From contig CAVSGI010000006.1 of NCBI GenBank assembly GCA_963727445.1, forward strand, positions 32,001 to 96,000: 64,000 nt of DNA, written 5' to 3'. Shown here piece after piece: positions 1-10,325 of this stretch. The notes beneath the pieces are model-generated. The model made no database searches. It was not told the DNA's origin and saw nothing but the letters and a program-made list of their open reading frames with translations. Numbering within the stretch: position 1 is the stretch's first letter; every line of letters starts with the position of its first letter. The DNA is from an uncultured delta proteobacterium. GTDB lineage: Bacteria > Myxococcota_A > Polyangia > Polyangiales > B10-G4. The translations under genes and the position numbers were made by a program.

Positions 1-1
1 G

Positions 2-232
2 ACCGAAGGCTTCGACGAGCTCACGGAGGCGGAGGACGAGGAGCTCGACATCCTCGAGAAAGCGTTCCTCCCCAAGTACAACTCCCGCCTCGGATGTCAG
101 GCCAAGATCGAAGAGGACGGGGTCTTCGAAGTGGAGATCACGGAGGAGAGCTTTCAGGCCTTCCTTGACGAGCACCCCGACGATGCGGCGGCGGCGCGCA
201 AGCTCTGGGACGAGATGAAGGCCACCGGGTGA
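2..232 (+). CDS. 2Fe-2S ferredoxin (ISC/adrenodoxin type), 5'-truncated by window edge
   Basis: My translation TEGFDELTEAEDEELDILEKAFLPKYNSRLGCQAKI...; the E-x-D-x-L and SRLGCQ motifs are typical of adrenodoxin-type ferredoxins. Not in the ORF track. Confidence 0.8.
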   Translation, partial: TEGFDELTEAEDEELDILEKAFLPKYNSRLGCQAKIEEDGVFEVEITEESFQAFLDEHPDDAAAARKLWDEMKATG

Positions 233-280
233 GGGGCCAGCTCTCGATCGACCAGGCGCGCGACGCCGCCTCGGACGCGA

Positions 281-751
281 TCAGCGTTCCGTAGCGAGGT
301 TGACGCGGATGTTGCGCCCGTCGATCTCGGCACCATCGAGGGCTTCCATCGCCCCTGCGGCGTCTTTGCGATCGGCATAAGTGACGAAGCCGAATCCTCG
401 CGACTCGCCCGTGTCGCGATCGGAGATGACGATGGCGTCCGCCAGCTCGCCGTGCTCCGAGAAGATGCGCTCGAGCTCTTCGGTCGTGGTGCTGCGGCTC
501 AAGCCACCCACGAAGAGTCGCGCGGGGATCGTCGCGCGCGGGGCGCTGGCACGGTCGTTCATGGCGGCGAGCGCCTCTTCGGCGGTCGGCAGGTCGCCGG
601 TGATGGCGTCCGCGCTGATGATCTCTACCGAAGACCCTCCGCGCGCCCGTCGCGCCCGCTTCCGCTCTGCCTTCTCGCGCTTCTTTCGGGCCTTCTCGTT
701 CTCGCGCTGGCGCTTACCAAAGTCGTTGCCCCGGCTCACCGGCACTCCCAA
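281..751 (-). CDS. RRM (RNP-1) RNA-binding protein with basic N-terminal extension
   Basis: RNP2 LFVGGL and RNP1 RGFGFVTY motifs; the true start may be GTG at 740. Confidence 0.92.
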   Translation of the reverse strand: MGVPVSRGNDFGKRQRENEKARKKREKAERKRARRARGGSSVEIISADAITGDLPTAEEALAAMNDRASAPRATIPARLFVGGLSRSTTTEELERIFSEHGELADAIVISDRDTGESRGFGFVTYADRKDAAGAMEALDGAEIDGRNIRVNLATER

Positions 752-869
752 TCAAAGTTGTCAGTCAATCGACTCTTGCTCCTCGTGTCTATGAACGTGG
801 ACACCTTAGCCCACGAGGCGCCTCCCGTGCACCGAAATCGACCTCTTCTCGCGTGATAACCTCACTTGC

Positions 870-2953
870 GTGGCAAAGGCCGGTCTCGCCGTGCTCGCTT
901 TCGTGTCCGCGTGCCTCGTCGTCGGTTGTGGTGACGACGGTGGAGGCGCGGATACGGCGGTGTCCGATGCCGGGGACGGTGGCGTAGCGGACGGGGGGAC
1001 GGACGCCGATCCGGTGATGGTCGAGGCCGCGAGAGAGGCCGCGCTGCCGGACCTCACACCGTGTGCGCCCGGATGGCGCGCGATCGAAGAGGACGGGCTG
1101 ACCTTGTGCGAGCCCTGGCCGGCGGGGGGGCGTGCGACGTGTGCATCATCCTTCGAAGCGCATCTGCCTGGCGACTCCGCGTGCGGGCGGCTGGGGAGCG
1201 CGTGTCCGAGCGGGAGCTTCGCAGAAGGACTGCCCACCGATGCGATCTACGTCGACTCGGCAGCCTCCTTGAGCGGCGACGGCAGCGCGACCTCGCCCTT
1301 CAGTTCCATCACCGAGGCGCTCGCCGCATTGGGATTCCGCCGGCGGCACCATCGCGCTGTCGGTAGGGACGCATGCGGCCAGCGTCACCATCGACGCGCC
1401 GATCTCACTGGTCGGCGCCTGTGCCGAGCAGACGCGCCTCGAGCCCGCGTCGGCTTCGGAAGAGGAGGCTACCCTCGTCATCAACGCCATCGTGAACGTT
1501 CGTGATTCTGTCGATCGGCGGGGACGCGCCGGGGATCGAGGTCGCGGGACCCTCCGCGCTCCTCGACGCCGAAGGTCTGGTCATCGACGGTGCTCTGGCC
1601 TACGCCATCGCCGCGCACGATGGCTCCACCGTCGAGTTACGCGACGCCGCCATCCGCGCCACGCGCGCCGACGCCATGGGGACGCGCGGCTACGCGCTCG
1701 ACCTGAACCTCGCGGGCGCCTCGCTGTCTGGCGTCGAGCTCGCTCGGAACACCTCGCGTGCCATCTACGCCCAGGGTGAAGGCACCCGCCTGGTGGTCGA
1801 GGACTCGTCGATTCGCGACACGGCCCCACAGCCCTTCGACGGGGGCCTCGGTAGCGCCATGGACGCCTTCGGCGGCGTGGACGCGCGCTTTTCGCGGACG
1901 GTGTTCGAGAACAACCGAGACAAGAACGTCCGCGTCGATTCCGAGGGGACGGTCCTGACGCTCGAAGACTGCGTCGTTCGTGGCGGCCTCCCGCGCATGA
2001 GCGACGACTCCTTCGGTTTCGGGGTGGGGGTGGCTTCGGGCGCCGAAGCGACCATCACCCGGAGCCGCTTCGACGACAACCAGGCGATCAGCGTCGCGAC
2101 GCAGAACGAGGGCACACAGGTAGCACTCACCGACGTGGTGATCCGCGACACCGGACCGAACCCCGCCGATGGCGAGGCGGGCGCGGGGCTCGACCTTCAA
2201 AGCGGGGTGGCGGTCGTCGCGCGGCGGGTCTTCATCGCGAGGAGCACCTTCCAGGGCATCCGTCTGACGGGGATACTGAGCGAGCTCGACGCCGAGGATC
2301 TCACCGTCGTCGAGACCCGGACCCACAGCGTGATGGGGATCGGTGGTTTCGGCCTCTTGGTCTTCGGTTCTCACGTCGGCGTGCGCCGCTCTCGCATGAG
2401 CCGGAACCACGCGGTGCACGTGCTGATCACGGCTGAAGGCACCGGCGATTTCGAGGACCTGACGCTCACCGAGGGGCTCGGCCAGGACGCCGACGGGCTC
2501 ATGGGCGCTGGGCTGATGACCTACGAAGGCGGTCGAGCGACGATCGCGCGCGCGCGACTCACCGATCTCAAGGCGGTGGGCCTGTGGTCGACCACCGGCG
2601 GGGACATCACCGGGACCGACATCGAGGTGAGCGGCGTCGTTCCAGCCGAGTGCGTCGTGGACACCTGCGCCGACAACCCCGGAGGCTTCGGCGCGGTGGG
2701 GACGCTCATGGCGAACCTGTCGCTCTCGCGTTTCGTGGTGAGTGACACCGAGCTCTGCGGCCTGAGCGTGGGTGAGACCTCGACGCTCACGGTCGCTGAC
2801 GGCTGGGTGCGTCACAGCGCCATCGGCATCAACCTGCAGAACCCGAGCATCGATCTCGCCGAGATCCAGCGCGAGGTCGCGTTCACGGACAACGTTCAGA
2901 ACCTGGATACGTCGGTGCTGACGCCGCCGAGCAGCTCGGTCACCGACCTCTGA
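870..2953 (+). CDS. Secreted/lipoprotein with parallel beta-helix repeats (two apparent frameshifts near 1335 and 1508)
   Basis: Lipobox-like LVVGC; IYVDSAASLSGDGSATSPFSSITEAL motif; it continues in other frames as GGTIALSVGTH...LVGAC and then repetitive beta-helix sequence to the stop at 2953. Confidence 0.7.
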
Positions 2954-3164
2954 GCGCGTGTTAGTGCCTGGTCCAATGACACGGAAGGGTTCTCGCTCGT
3001 TCGTCGGCCGCCTCGCGGCGTCGGGAAACCTCGAATGTGCGCTGCACGTCCTTCGGTTCCCCTCCTTGCGACGCGACCGACGTCCGTCGCGATCTCCCCT
3101 TCCGTATCATCGGACCAGGCACTAGGCTGGTCACGATGTTTCGCGAGCACTCGCAGGCAGAGAC

Positions 3165-4190
3165 TTGAGTCGGCGACGTACTCCACGCTGGGCGAGCTGG
3201 CCCACGGAGCGACTCCTCGATCTCCGGATGAACGAGCTGGGCGTCCAGATCGAAGGGACCTGGGTGGCCGACTGCATCGAGCGCGTCCTCGGTGATCTCG
3301 ACCGCCGAGAGATGGTCTTCACGCCCCACTTCTGGCTCTCCGACGAATGGCACTCGCCGGACGGAGTGCCCGGCGTCGGTGTGCCCTTCTATCTGGCGCA
3401 TCCACGTTTGACGCGCCTCGAGCGGCAACAGATGTTCGAAGCCGAGGGCTCGAGCCGAGAGAGCTGCATCAAGATCCTTCGTCACGAGGTGGGTCACGCC
3501 TTCTGTACGGCCTACAACCTGCACAAGCGCCCGAAGTTTCGCCGCCTCTTCGGCTCGATGGGCGAGCCCTATCCGGAGTGGTATCGCCCGAATCCGCGGA
3601 GCAGGCGCTTCGTCCACCACCTCGACGGATGGTACGCCCAGGCGCATCCGGCGGAGGACTTCGCCGAGACATTCGCCGTCGCCCTCGGCGCCCGAGCCCG
3701 GTGGAGGAGGCGCTACGACGGGTGGCCCGCCCTCGACAAGCTCGAGTACGTCGATACGATCATCGACGAGCTCGCCGCCGCCCCCCCGCGGGTGCGTTCC
3801 CGCGCACGCCCCTTCTCCCTGTCGCGCATGCGCCGCACGCTTCGAACGTTCTACGCGCGCAAGCACGAGCAGTACGCCATCGGTTACTCCGAAGCCTACG
3901 ATCACGATCTGTTGCGCCTCTTCTCCAACGACCCGAAGTATCGAAAGAACGAGACGGCGGCCGCGTTTCTTCGACGCAATCGCCGGCGGATCCGCGAACA
4001 GGTCGCCAAGTGGACAGGGCAATACCAGTTCACCCTGGATCAGGTCCTGCGTGAAATGTCCGGTCGGTGTCGCGAACTGAAGCTGCGTCGCGTAGGCTCC
4101 GAGCGCCAAGCGCGTTTGGACTTCTGTATCGTGCTCACCGCGCACACCGTTCAGAAGCTGTATCTGGGTGGAGGCTGGCAATCGCTCTGA
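3165..4190 (+). CDS. Putative zinc-binding metallopeptidase (zincin-like)
   Basis: HEVGH (HExxH) motif plus downstream HPAEDFAETF third-ligand motif. Confidence 0.85.
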   Translation: MSRRRTPRWASWPTERLLDLRMNELGVQIEGTWVADCIERVLGDLDRREMVFTPHFWLSDEWHSPDGVPGVGVPFYLAHPRLTRLERQQMFEAEGSSRESCIKILRHEVGHAFCTAYNLHKRPKFRRLFGSMGEPYPEWYRPNPRSRRFVHHLDGWYAQAHPAEDFAETFAVALGARARWRRRYDGWPALDKLEYVDTIIDELAAAPPRVRSRARPFSLSRMRRTLRTFYARKHEQYAIGYSEAYDHDLLRLFSNDPKYRKNETAAAFLRRNRRRIREQVAKWTGQYQFTLDQVLREMSGRCRELKLRRVGSERQARLDFCIVLTAHTVQKLYLGGGWQSL

Positions 4191-4194
4191 GCCC

Positions 4195-5235
4195 ATGACG
4201 AAGCCCAAAAAGAAGAAGCGCGTCTTGTTGCTCATGCACGAGGACCTGGTGCCGCCGGACGACTTCTCGGAGGTGACCGACAAGCAGGCCGCGGAGATGA
4301 AGACGGAGACCGACGTCCTGGTCGGGCTCACACAGGACCTCGGCCACGACGTCTACAAGCTCGGGCTGTGGGACGAGCTCCGCCCGCTGCGCAAGGCGGT
4401 CGAGGAGTATCGCCCCCACGTCGTCTTCAACATCCTCGAGGAGTTTCGCGGGGAGGCGCTCTTCGATCAGAACGTGGTGGCGTACCTCCAGCTCCTGGGC
4501 GTTCCCTACACCGGATGCAATCCGCGTGGCCTCGTCCTTGCGCGTGACAAGGCGCTGTCGAAGAAGATTCTTCACTACCACCGCATTCGCGTGCCGCGAT
4601 TCGTCACCGTACGCCGGGGCCGTCGCCCGAGGCTCCGGGCGAAGATGCAATACCCGTTCATCGTGAAGTCGCTGGTGGAAGAGGCGAGCACCGCGATCGC
4701 GCAGGCGTCGGTGGTGCGCGACGAGGCCGCGCTGAACGCGCGCGTGGAGCTCATCCACGACAGCGTGGGGACCGACGCCATCGTCGAGGAGTTCGTCGCT
4801 GGACGCGAGCTCTACGTCGGACTTCTGGGGAATCGACGTGTGACGGCCCTGCCGACCATGGAGCTCTTCATCGACAACCTGCCTGCGGACGCGCCGAAGA
4901 TCGCGACGCGGAAGGTGAAGTTCGACCTCGAGTACCAGAAGCAGGCCGGCGTGCGGATAGGTCCGGCGGCGGATCTGGGCGAGCCGCTGGCGCGGCAGGT
5001 GGCACGTACCGCACGTCGCATCTACCGGATCCTGGAGCTCGATGGATACGCGCGGATCGATTTCCGTCTGAGTGATGACGGTCGGATCTACTTCCTCGAA
5101 GCGAACCCCAACCCCGATCTCGCTTACGGCGAGGAGCTCGCCGAAGCGGCCGAGGCGGCAGGCCTCGACTACGGGGCGCTCTTGAGCAAGCTCATCAACC
5201 TCGGCATCCGCCGCGCCAAGCAGAAGCGGCGCTAG
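4195..5235 (+). CDS. ATP-grasp ligase, D-Ala-D-Ala ligase-like family
   Basis: GVPYTG, ARDK, PFIVKS, EEFVAGRE, YARIDFR and LEANPNP motifs; lacks the canonical Ddl GGxSxE N-terminus. Confidence 0.88.
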   Translation: MTKPKKKKRVLLLMHEDLVPPDDFSEVTDKQAAEMKTETDVLVGLTQDLGHDVYKLGLWDELRPLRKAVEEYRPHVVFNILEEFRGEALFDQNVVAYLQLLGVPYTGCNPRGLVLARDKALSKKILHYHRIRVPRFVTVRRGRRPRLRAKMQYPFIVKSLVEEASTAIAQASVVRDEAALNARVELIHDSVGTDAIVEEFVAGRELYVGLLGNRRVTALPTMELFIDNLPADAPKIATRKVKFDLEYQKQAGVRIGPAADLGEPLARQVARTARRIYRILELDGYARIDFRLSDDGRIYFLEANPNPDLAYGEELAEAAEAAGLDYGALLSKLINLGIRRAKQKRR

Positions 5236-5243
5236 ACCGAGAG

Positions 5244-6608
5244 CTAAGAGGCTTCTTTTTCCCAGCGCTCGAGCTTGCGATAGAGCGTGCGCCGGTCGAG
5301 CCCCAACACCTTGGCGGCCTGGGTCTTGTTGCCGTCGGTGACGGTCAGAACCTGCTCCACGTATCGACGTTCGAGCTCGCCGAGGCTGAGCATGTGCTCG
5401 GGATCCGCGGCTCCGAGGCGGCGGGGCAGCGCCTCGTACGCCGCGATTTTGTCCGGTAGGTCGTCGACCGTGAGCTTGTCGAACTGAGTCAGCGTGACCG
5501 CGCGCTCGATCACGTTCTCCAGCTGGCGCACGTTGCCCGGCCAGTCGTACTCGAGGAGCTTCTTGGCAGCTTCGCTGGTGACTCCCTTGACCGGCTTGTC
5601 CATCCGTTCGGCGACCCGCTCCAGGAAGTGTTGCGAGAGGAGCAGGATGTCGTTGCCTCGCGCGCGGAGCGGCGGGACGTGAATCTGCACCACGTTCAGG
5701 CGATAGAAGAGATCCTCGCGGAACTGTCCGTGGTCGACGTCGGCGTCCAGGTCGCGGTTGGTGCTGCTGATGATCCGCGTGTTGATGGTGACCTCCTCGT
5801 CACCCCCGACGGGCCTCAGCTTGCGTTCCTGGAGCACGCGCAGGAGCTTCGGCTGCATCTCCGCCGGCATCTCCCCGATCTCGTCGAGCAGGATGGTGCC
5901 GCCGTCGGCCTGCAGAAAGAGTCCCTTGCGGTCGCGCTTGGCGTCGGTGAAGGCACCCTTCGCGTGGCCGAAGAGCTCGCTCTCCAGGAGGTTGGCCGGG
6001 ACCGCCGCGCAGTTCACTGCGATGAAGCGCGCATCGGATCGGCCGCTGCCCTCGTGGAGCGCGCGTGCCACGAGCTCCTTGCCGGTGCCGCTCTCTCCGG
6101 TGATCAGAACGGAGGTGTCCGTGTCGGCCACGCGCCGGATCAAGTCGAAGACCTTGGTCATGGCCGAGCTCTCGCCGACCAGGCCGGACGCACGCCCGGT
6201 GCGGGCGGCTTCTTCGGTGAGCCGCTCGACCTCTTCGCGGAGGTGGCGGTGCGAGACCGCACGACCGATGGCGTGCGCCATGCTCTCGATGTCGGCCGGC
6301 TTGTTGATGAAGTCGTAGGCGCCGGCGCGGATGGCGTCGATGGCCGACTTCATGTCTCCGAAGGCGGTGAGCATGATGACCGGCAAGCCGGGTCTGGCCT
6401 CGATCACCCGGCGGCAGACGTCGAGGCCGCTCATCTCTCCGAGGTTCAGGTCGGAGACCACCACGCCGAAGTCGCGCTCGCCGAGGAGCGCCAGGGCGTC
6501 GGCACCGGTGGTGCACCACTCGACGCGGTAGCCCTTCTGCTTCAGGCCGGACTCGAGCATCTCGCACATGCTCTGGTCGTCGTCGACCACCAGGATGGGC
6601 TTGGTCAT
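5244..6608 (-). CDS. Sigma-54-dependent response regulator (REC-AAA+-Fis HTH)
   Basis: ILVVDDD receiver, GESGTGKE Walker A, GAFTD loop, WPGNVRQL and a C-terminal HTH. Confidence 0.95.
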   Translation of the reverse strand: MTKPILVVDDDQSMCEMLESGLKQKGYRVEWCTTGADALALLGERDFGVVVSDLNLGEMSGLDVCRRVIEARPGLPVIMLTAFGDMKSAIDAIRAGAYDFINKPADIESMAHAIGRAVSHRHLREEVERLTEEAARTGRASGLVGESSAMTKVFDLIRRVADTDTSVLITGESGTGKELVARALHEGSGRSDARFIAVNCAAVPANLLESELFGHAKGAFTDAKRDRKGLFLQADGGTILLDEIGEMPAEMQPKLLRVLQERKLRPVGGDEEVTINTRIISSTNRDLDADVDHGQFREDLFYRLNVVQIHVPPLRARGNDILLLSQHFLERVAERMDKPVKGVTSEAAKKLLEYDWPGNVRQLENVIERAVTLTQFDKLTVDDLPDKIAAYEALPRRLGAADPEHMLSLGELERRYVEQVLTVTDGNKTQAAKVLGLDRRTLYRKLERWEKEAS

Positions 6609-7531
6609 GTTCGTTCCTCCGGAAGGAACACCTCGAAGGTGGTCCCGCTCCCCAAGGTGCTGTCCACCTCGATCCAGCCGCCGTGTTCGCGCACGATGCC
6701 GTGGCAAACCGTCAGACCCAACCCCGTGCCTCGATCCTCTTTCTTCGTCGTGAAGAACGCATCGAAGATGTCCTCCAGTCGTTCCTCGGGGATACCCACG
6801 CCTTCGTCGGCCACCACGATCACCAGGTAGTCGCCTTCGACGGCGCGGCGATCCGGAGGGTCAGCGACGTAGCGCCGGTCGACACCCAGCTCGATCCGAC
6901 CTCCCTCGGGCATGGCCTGGACGGCGTTCATCAGGAGGTTGGTCAGCACCTGAAGGACCTTGCCCGAGTCTATCTCGGCTTCGACGTCGAACGCGCCGCT
7001 CACGACCAGCGAGATCTCCTTGTCCTCGCACATCGGTTCCATGAGGTTGGCCGCGTGCTCCAGCACGTCGCCGAGGCGCGCCTTCTGGCGCTCGAGGGGC
7101 TTGCGTCTGGAGAAGTCGAGGAGCTCCCGGATGATCGAGGCCATCCGGTCCGCCTGTTCGGCGATGATCCTCGCGTTCTGTCGCGCCTCATCGGGGACAC
7201 GGGCATCCCCTTCGATCATCCGTGCCCGTCCGGCGACGACGTTGAGGGGTGTGCCCAGCTCGTGGGCCATGCTCGAGGAGAGCTTTCCGACGGTGCTCAA
7301 GCGGTCCGCGTGGCGCAGCTGTTCGAGCGCAGCCGTGCGCGCACGGCGCTCGGCGGCGATCTTCTTCTGGCTCGCGGCCAGCTGCTCGATCATCGCGTTC
7401 ATCTCCGACGCGAGCTCGGCGAGCTCGTCGTCGCCCGCGGCGCGGCTACGCAGTGTGTAGTCACCGCTCGCCACCCGACGTGCGAGCCGAGTCAGCTCTT
7501 CGAGGGTCGGAGATGAGGGGGATGCTTCCAA
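6605..7531 (-). CDS. Sensor histidine kinase (partial HAMP-HisKA-HATPase), no N-terminal sensor visible
   Basis: AHELGTPL H-box, NLLMNA N-box, DEGVG G1 box and GTGLGL G2 box; overlaps the regulator start. Confidence 0.9.
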   Translation of the reverse strand: MEASPSSPTLEELTRLARRVASGDYTLRSRAAGDDELAELASEMNAMIEQLAASQKKIAAERRARTAALEQLRHADRLSTVGKLSSSMAHELGTPLNVVAGRARMIEGDARVPDEARQNARIIAEQADRMASIIRELLDFSRRKPLERQKARLGDVLEHAANLMEPMCEDKEISLVVSGAFDVEAEIDSGKVLQVLTNLLMNAVQAMPEGGRIELGVDRRYVADPPDRRAVEGDYLVIVVADEGVGIPEERLEDIFDAFFTTKKEDRGTGLGLTVCHGIVREHGGWIEVDSTLGSGTTFEVFLPEERT

Positions 7532-7546
7532 GGTGTCCTCGATGGG

Positions 7547-7873
7547 TCATGAGACCCGAGTGATGGCTCCGCGCTCCACGCGCCAAGCCGCGATCTGTTC
7601 GTCGACGCCTGCTTCCTCGCCTTCATAGACGAGAACGCCCGCGGACTCGAATCGGTCGATTATCGTCTCTGCGTCCGCGGCGGATAAATCCAGCTCGACG
7701 ATCAAGTGGTCGCGGAGCGCGGTCTTGCCGAGGATGTATCCCTGCGGTGGGTCGTTTTCGCACCACCGGACCATGAGCTCGCAGACGCTCGAAAGCCCAT
7801 GCTCCACGTTCACGCGCCCTGCGTCCCGCGCGAACGGATCGATCAGGGGCTCGTCGATCTTCGTCGAATTCAT
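7547..7873 (-). CDS. Small hypothetical protein, winged-helix-like (paralog of 26773..27072)
   Basis: ATG at 7873 with GGAG RBS; motif P.GY..GK...DR.E..G.+VYE shared with the 26773..27072 product. Confidence 0.65.
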   Translation of the reverse strand: MNSTKIDEPLIDPFARDAGRVNVEHGLSSVCELMVRWCENDPPQGYILGKTALRDHLIVELDLSAADAETIIDRFESAGVLVYEGEEAGVDEQIAAWRVERGAITRVS

Positions 7874-7886
7874 CCGCTCCAAATGA

Positions 7887-7902
7887 AGCATCGGTCGTGC
7901 CA
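7887..7902 (-). promoter_or_regulatory. Putative sigma-54 (-24/-12) promoter
   Basis: Minus strand TGGCACGACCGATGCT = GG-N10-GC, upstream of the hypothetical-kinase-bEBP unit. Confidence 0.5.
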
Positions 7903-8011
7903 GTCGCGAATGGACCCCGAAATCCCTTACGCGAGGCGCTGTCGTGTGGCGACTCTGCGCGAATTGGGGCGTTTCGCCCCGCCGCTTGCGGAGGATTCCC
8001 CACAAAGTCTC

Positions 8012-8027
8012 GGGAACGGCGATTGCA
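8012..8027 (+). promoter_or_regulatory. Putative sigma-54 (-24/-12) promoter
   Basis: GGGAACGGCGATTGCA = GG-N10-GC, about 30 bp before the ATG at 8057, with GGAG RBS in between. Confidence 0.5.
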
Positions 8028-8056
8028 CTTGGGCCCGGGCACATGGAGACGAGATC

Positions 8057-8305
8057 ATGATGACCCCGGAACAAGTACGACACGCGCACGAAGTCAGCGC
8101 GCCGTGGGATCACTTCAAGACCCCGGCAGCCGTCCTCGCCAGCAGCCTCACCGTCGCGGAAAAGAAGCGGGCGCTCGAGTCTTGGAAGCTCGACGCCCGG
8201 CTCCGGATGACAGCGACCGAGGAGAACATGACGGGCGGGGTCGAAAACGACCTGCGCGACGTCACCGAATGTCTTCACCGTCTGGAGCGCGACCTCAGCT
8301 GCTGA
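8057..8305 (+). CDS. Small hypothetical protein (82 aa)
   Basis: ATG with GGAG RBS; helical sequence ...PAAVLASSLTVAEKKRALESW... Confidence 0.6.
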   Translation: MMTPEQVRHAHEVSAPWDHFKTPAAVLASSLTVAEKKRALESWKLDARLRMTATEENMTGGVENDLRDVTECLHRLERDLSC

Positions 8306-9188
8306 CGAGAGATCGAGACCACACGTTCATGTCTTCGATCCCTTCGCCGATGCGACAGGACTGCGCCATCGTACCGCAGAGGTCGAAGCCCAAGCGGCAG
8401 AACGCCAGGTTCACGCCGGGGATGCGGGCCCGCGCCAGAGTGAAGGCCGTCGGGTAGTCCATCTCTCGGAGATCGTCCATCAGGTCGAGGAGGATCGCCT
8501 GCATGAAGCCGTTGCCCCGATGCTCGGGTAGCGTCGCACAATCGGTCAGCTCCGCGGTCTCGGCGCGCGTCACGAGGTCGGCGCTCGCACACGCGACCAC
8601 CTCGCCTTCCTGGCGCACGAGTCGGAAGGGCGTGCCTTCTTCGATCGCTTCGGCCACGTACGTGGGATCGCCGCTGGGCGTCGGGTACTGGGTGAAGGTC
8701 GCGGACAGGAGGGCGGCGATCTCCGGAGCGTGCTCCGCCGTCGCCCGCTCGGTCACGACGTCGGGGCGCGGTGGTGGCTCCGGGGACTGCTCCTCCACCA
8801 GCCGCTCGACCTTCTGCACCAGCGCGGGCGTGGCGAGGTCTCGCCGCTCGGGATCCGGATAGGCCCCCATCACGATGCACGAGCGCTGCCCCTTGTAGAA
8901 GCCGGGCATCTGGGCTTCCTCGCGGTAGCCGACCTTCGAAAGCCCCTCGGCCACCGAGTCGTCCACCATGGCGACGATGCGGCCGCGATCGCGTTCGACG
9001 GCGGCCCGCCGGAGGGCGTGGCCCAGAGCGACCCCGTCGACGCCTCGCTCTGGATGGTCGCAGCGCAGGCAATCGGAGTAGTGATCATCGAGGACGCGCA
9101 CGGCGCTTCCGTCGGCCAACTGGGCGACGAAGGGCTTCTTTCGCAGAGCCGCATCCGCTGTGGTCAAAATGCTTTGCACAGAAAGCAC
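8295..9188 (-). CDS. ablB: Beta-lysine N-acetyltransferase-like GNAT (AblB/YodP family); start may be TTG at 9167
   Basis: Family-typical motifs F..YPTP, AELTDCATLPEHRGNG, TLARA, GVN..F..LGF and IEDMNVW. Confidence 0.75.
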   Translation of the reverse strand: MLSVQSILTTADAALRKKPFVAQLADGSAVRVLDDHYSDCLRCDHPERGVDGVALGHALRRAAVERDRGRIVAMVDDSVAEGLSKVGYREEAQMPGFYKGQRSCIVMGAYPDPERRDLATPALVQKVERLVEEQSPEPPPRPDVVTERATAEHAPEIAALLSATFTQYPTPSGDPTYVAEAIEEGTPFRLVRQEGEVVACASADLVTRAETAELTDCATLPEHRGNGFMQAILLDLMDDLREMDYPTAFTLARARIPGVNLAFCRLGFDLCGTMAQSCRIGEGIEDMNVWSRSLVSS

Positions 9189-9260
9189 TATGTGGCCCGA
9201 TGTGGGATAGTGCAAATCAGTTTGTCTAATGATTTCAGCGAAACTCCTTCGTGATCGAAG
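9171..9260. promoter_or_regulatory. Two palindromic operator-like sites in the ablB/hdac divergent region
   Basis: GCTTTGCACAGAAAGC (9171-9186) and CTTCGTGATCGAAG (9247-9260); similar to sites at 35016 and 40190. Confidence 0.55.
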
Positions 9261-9284
9261 TTCGTTCGTGTAGATTCTCGGCTC

Positions 9285-10325
9285 GTGCTCAGAATCCCCG
9301 TCTACTTCCACGAGGCCCAGCTCGCGTTCAAGCCTCGCTACGAGTGGGCGTTCGGTAAGCGCATTCGGCACCCGGAGACCACCCGACGCGCCGAGAGCAT
9401 CCTGGGCGCGATCGAGAAGGAGGGGCTCTTCGATCTCCGGCCGCCGGAGGAGATGCCTCTGGGCGCGCTGCGGCGCGTTCATCACTTCAGCCTGATGACC
9501 CTCTACACCACGGCGGAGCAGCTGCCCGAGGGAGAGGACCTCTATCCCCACGTCTTCCCGCGGCAGATGCGCGGTCAAGGCGATCCCACCAATCTGCGGC
9601 AGGCGGGCGCCTACTGCTTCGATGCGGGGACACCCCTGAACCGGCACACCTGGAGCGCGGCGGCGTGGAGCGCGGGTTGCGCGTTCCAGGCCGCGAAGAC
9701 CCTGCGCGCCGAAGAGCGCGGGCTGGTGTACGCCCTGAGCCGGCCTCCCGGGCACCATGCGCAGCGGGATCTCTTCGGCGGCTACTGCTATTTCAACAAC
9801 GCGGCGGTCGCCGCGGACGTGCTGGGGCGCTACGGGCGCGTCGCCATCCTGGACATCGACTTCCATCACGGAAACGGCACGCAGGAGCTCTTCTACAAGA
9901 ACGACGGGGTCTTCGTCGCCAACATCCATGGCGACCCGCGCGAGTTCTTCCCCTTCTATTGCGGGTTCGCCCACGAGACCGGGAACGGTCGGGGCGAGGG
10001 CTACAACCTGAACGTTCCGCTTCCGCGGGGGACGAAGGGCGCGGCCTATCTGAAGGAGCTCCGTCGCACGGTGGTGCCGGCCATTCAGCGCTTCGATCCC
10101 GCGTATCTGGTTCTTTCGGCCGGTCTCGACACCTACGAGAAAGATCCCATGGGGGGCTTCGCGCTCACGACCGACGACCTCGAGGACGTCGGGACGCTGA
10201 TCGGCAGACTCAAGTTGCCCACCTTGGTGGTGCAGGAGGGCGGGTACTACACCCCGCACCTCGGGAGAAACGCGGTGGCGCTGCTCCATGGCCTCGCCGA
10301 AGGAAGAAAGAAGCGACGGCTTTGA
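9285..10325 (+). CDS. Histone deacetylase family / acetylpolyamine amidohydrolase-like deacetylase
   Basis: RPPGHH, GGYCYFNN, DIDFHHGNGTQ, SAGLD and QEGGY motifs. Confidence 0.93.
   Translation: MLRIPVYFHEAQLAFKPRYEWAFGKRIRHPETTRRAESILGAIEKEGLFDLRPPEEMPLGALRRVHHFSLMTLYTTAEQLPEGEDLYPHVFPRQMRGQGDPTNLRQAGAYCFDAGTPLNRHTWSAAAWSAGCAFQAAKTLRAEERGLVYALSRPPGHHAQRDLFGGYCYFNNAAVAADVLGRYGRVAILDIDFHHGNGTQELFYKNDGVFVANIHGDPREFFPFYCGFAHETGNGRGEGYNLNVPLPRGTKGAAYLKELRRTVVPAIQRFDPAYLVLSAGLDTYEKDPMGGFALTTDDLEDVGTLIGRLKLPTLVVQEGGYYTPHLGRNAVALLHGLAEGRKKRRL

Noticed and set aside
4195..5235. Housekeeping ddl
   Set aside because: It lacks the canonical N-terminal GGxSxE motif and the cell-wall gene context.
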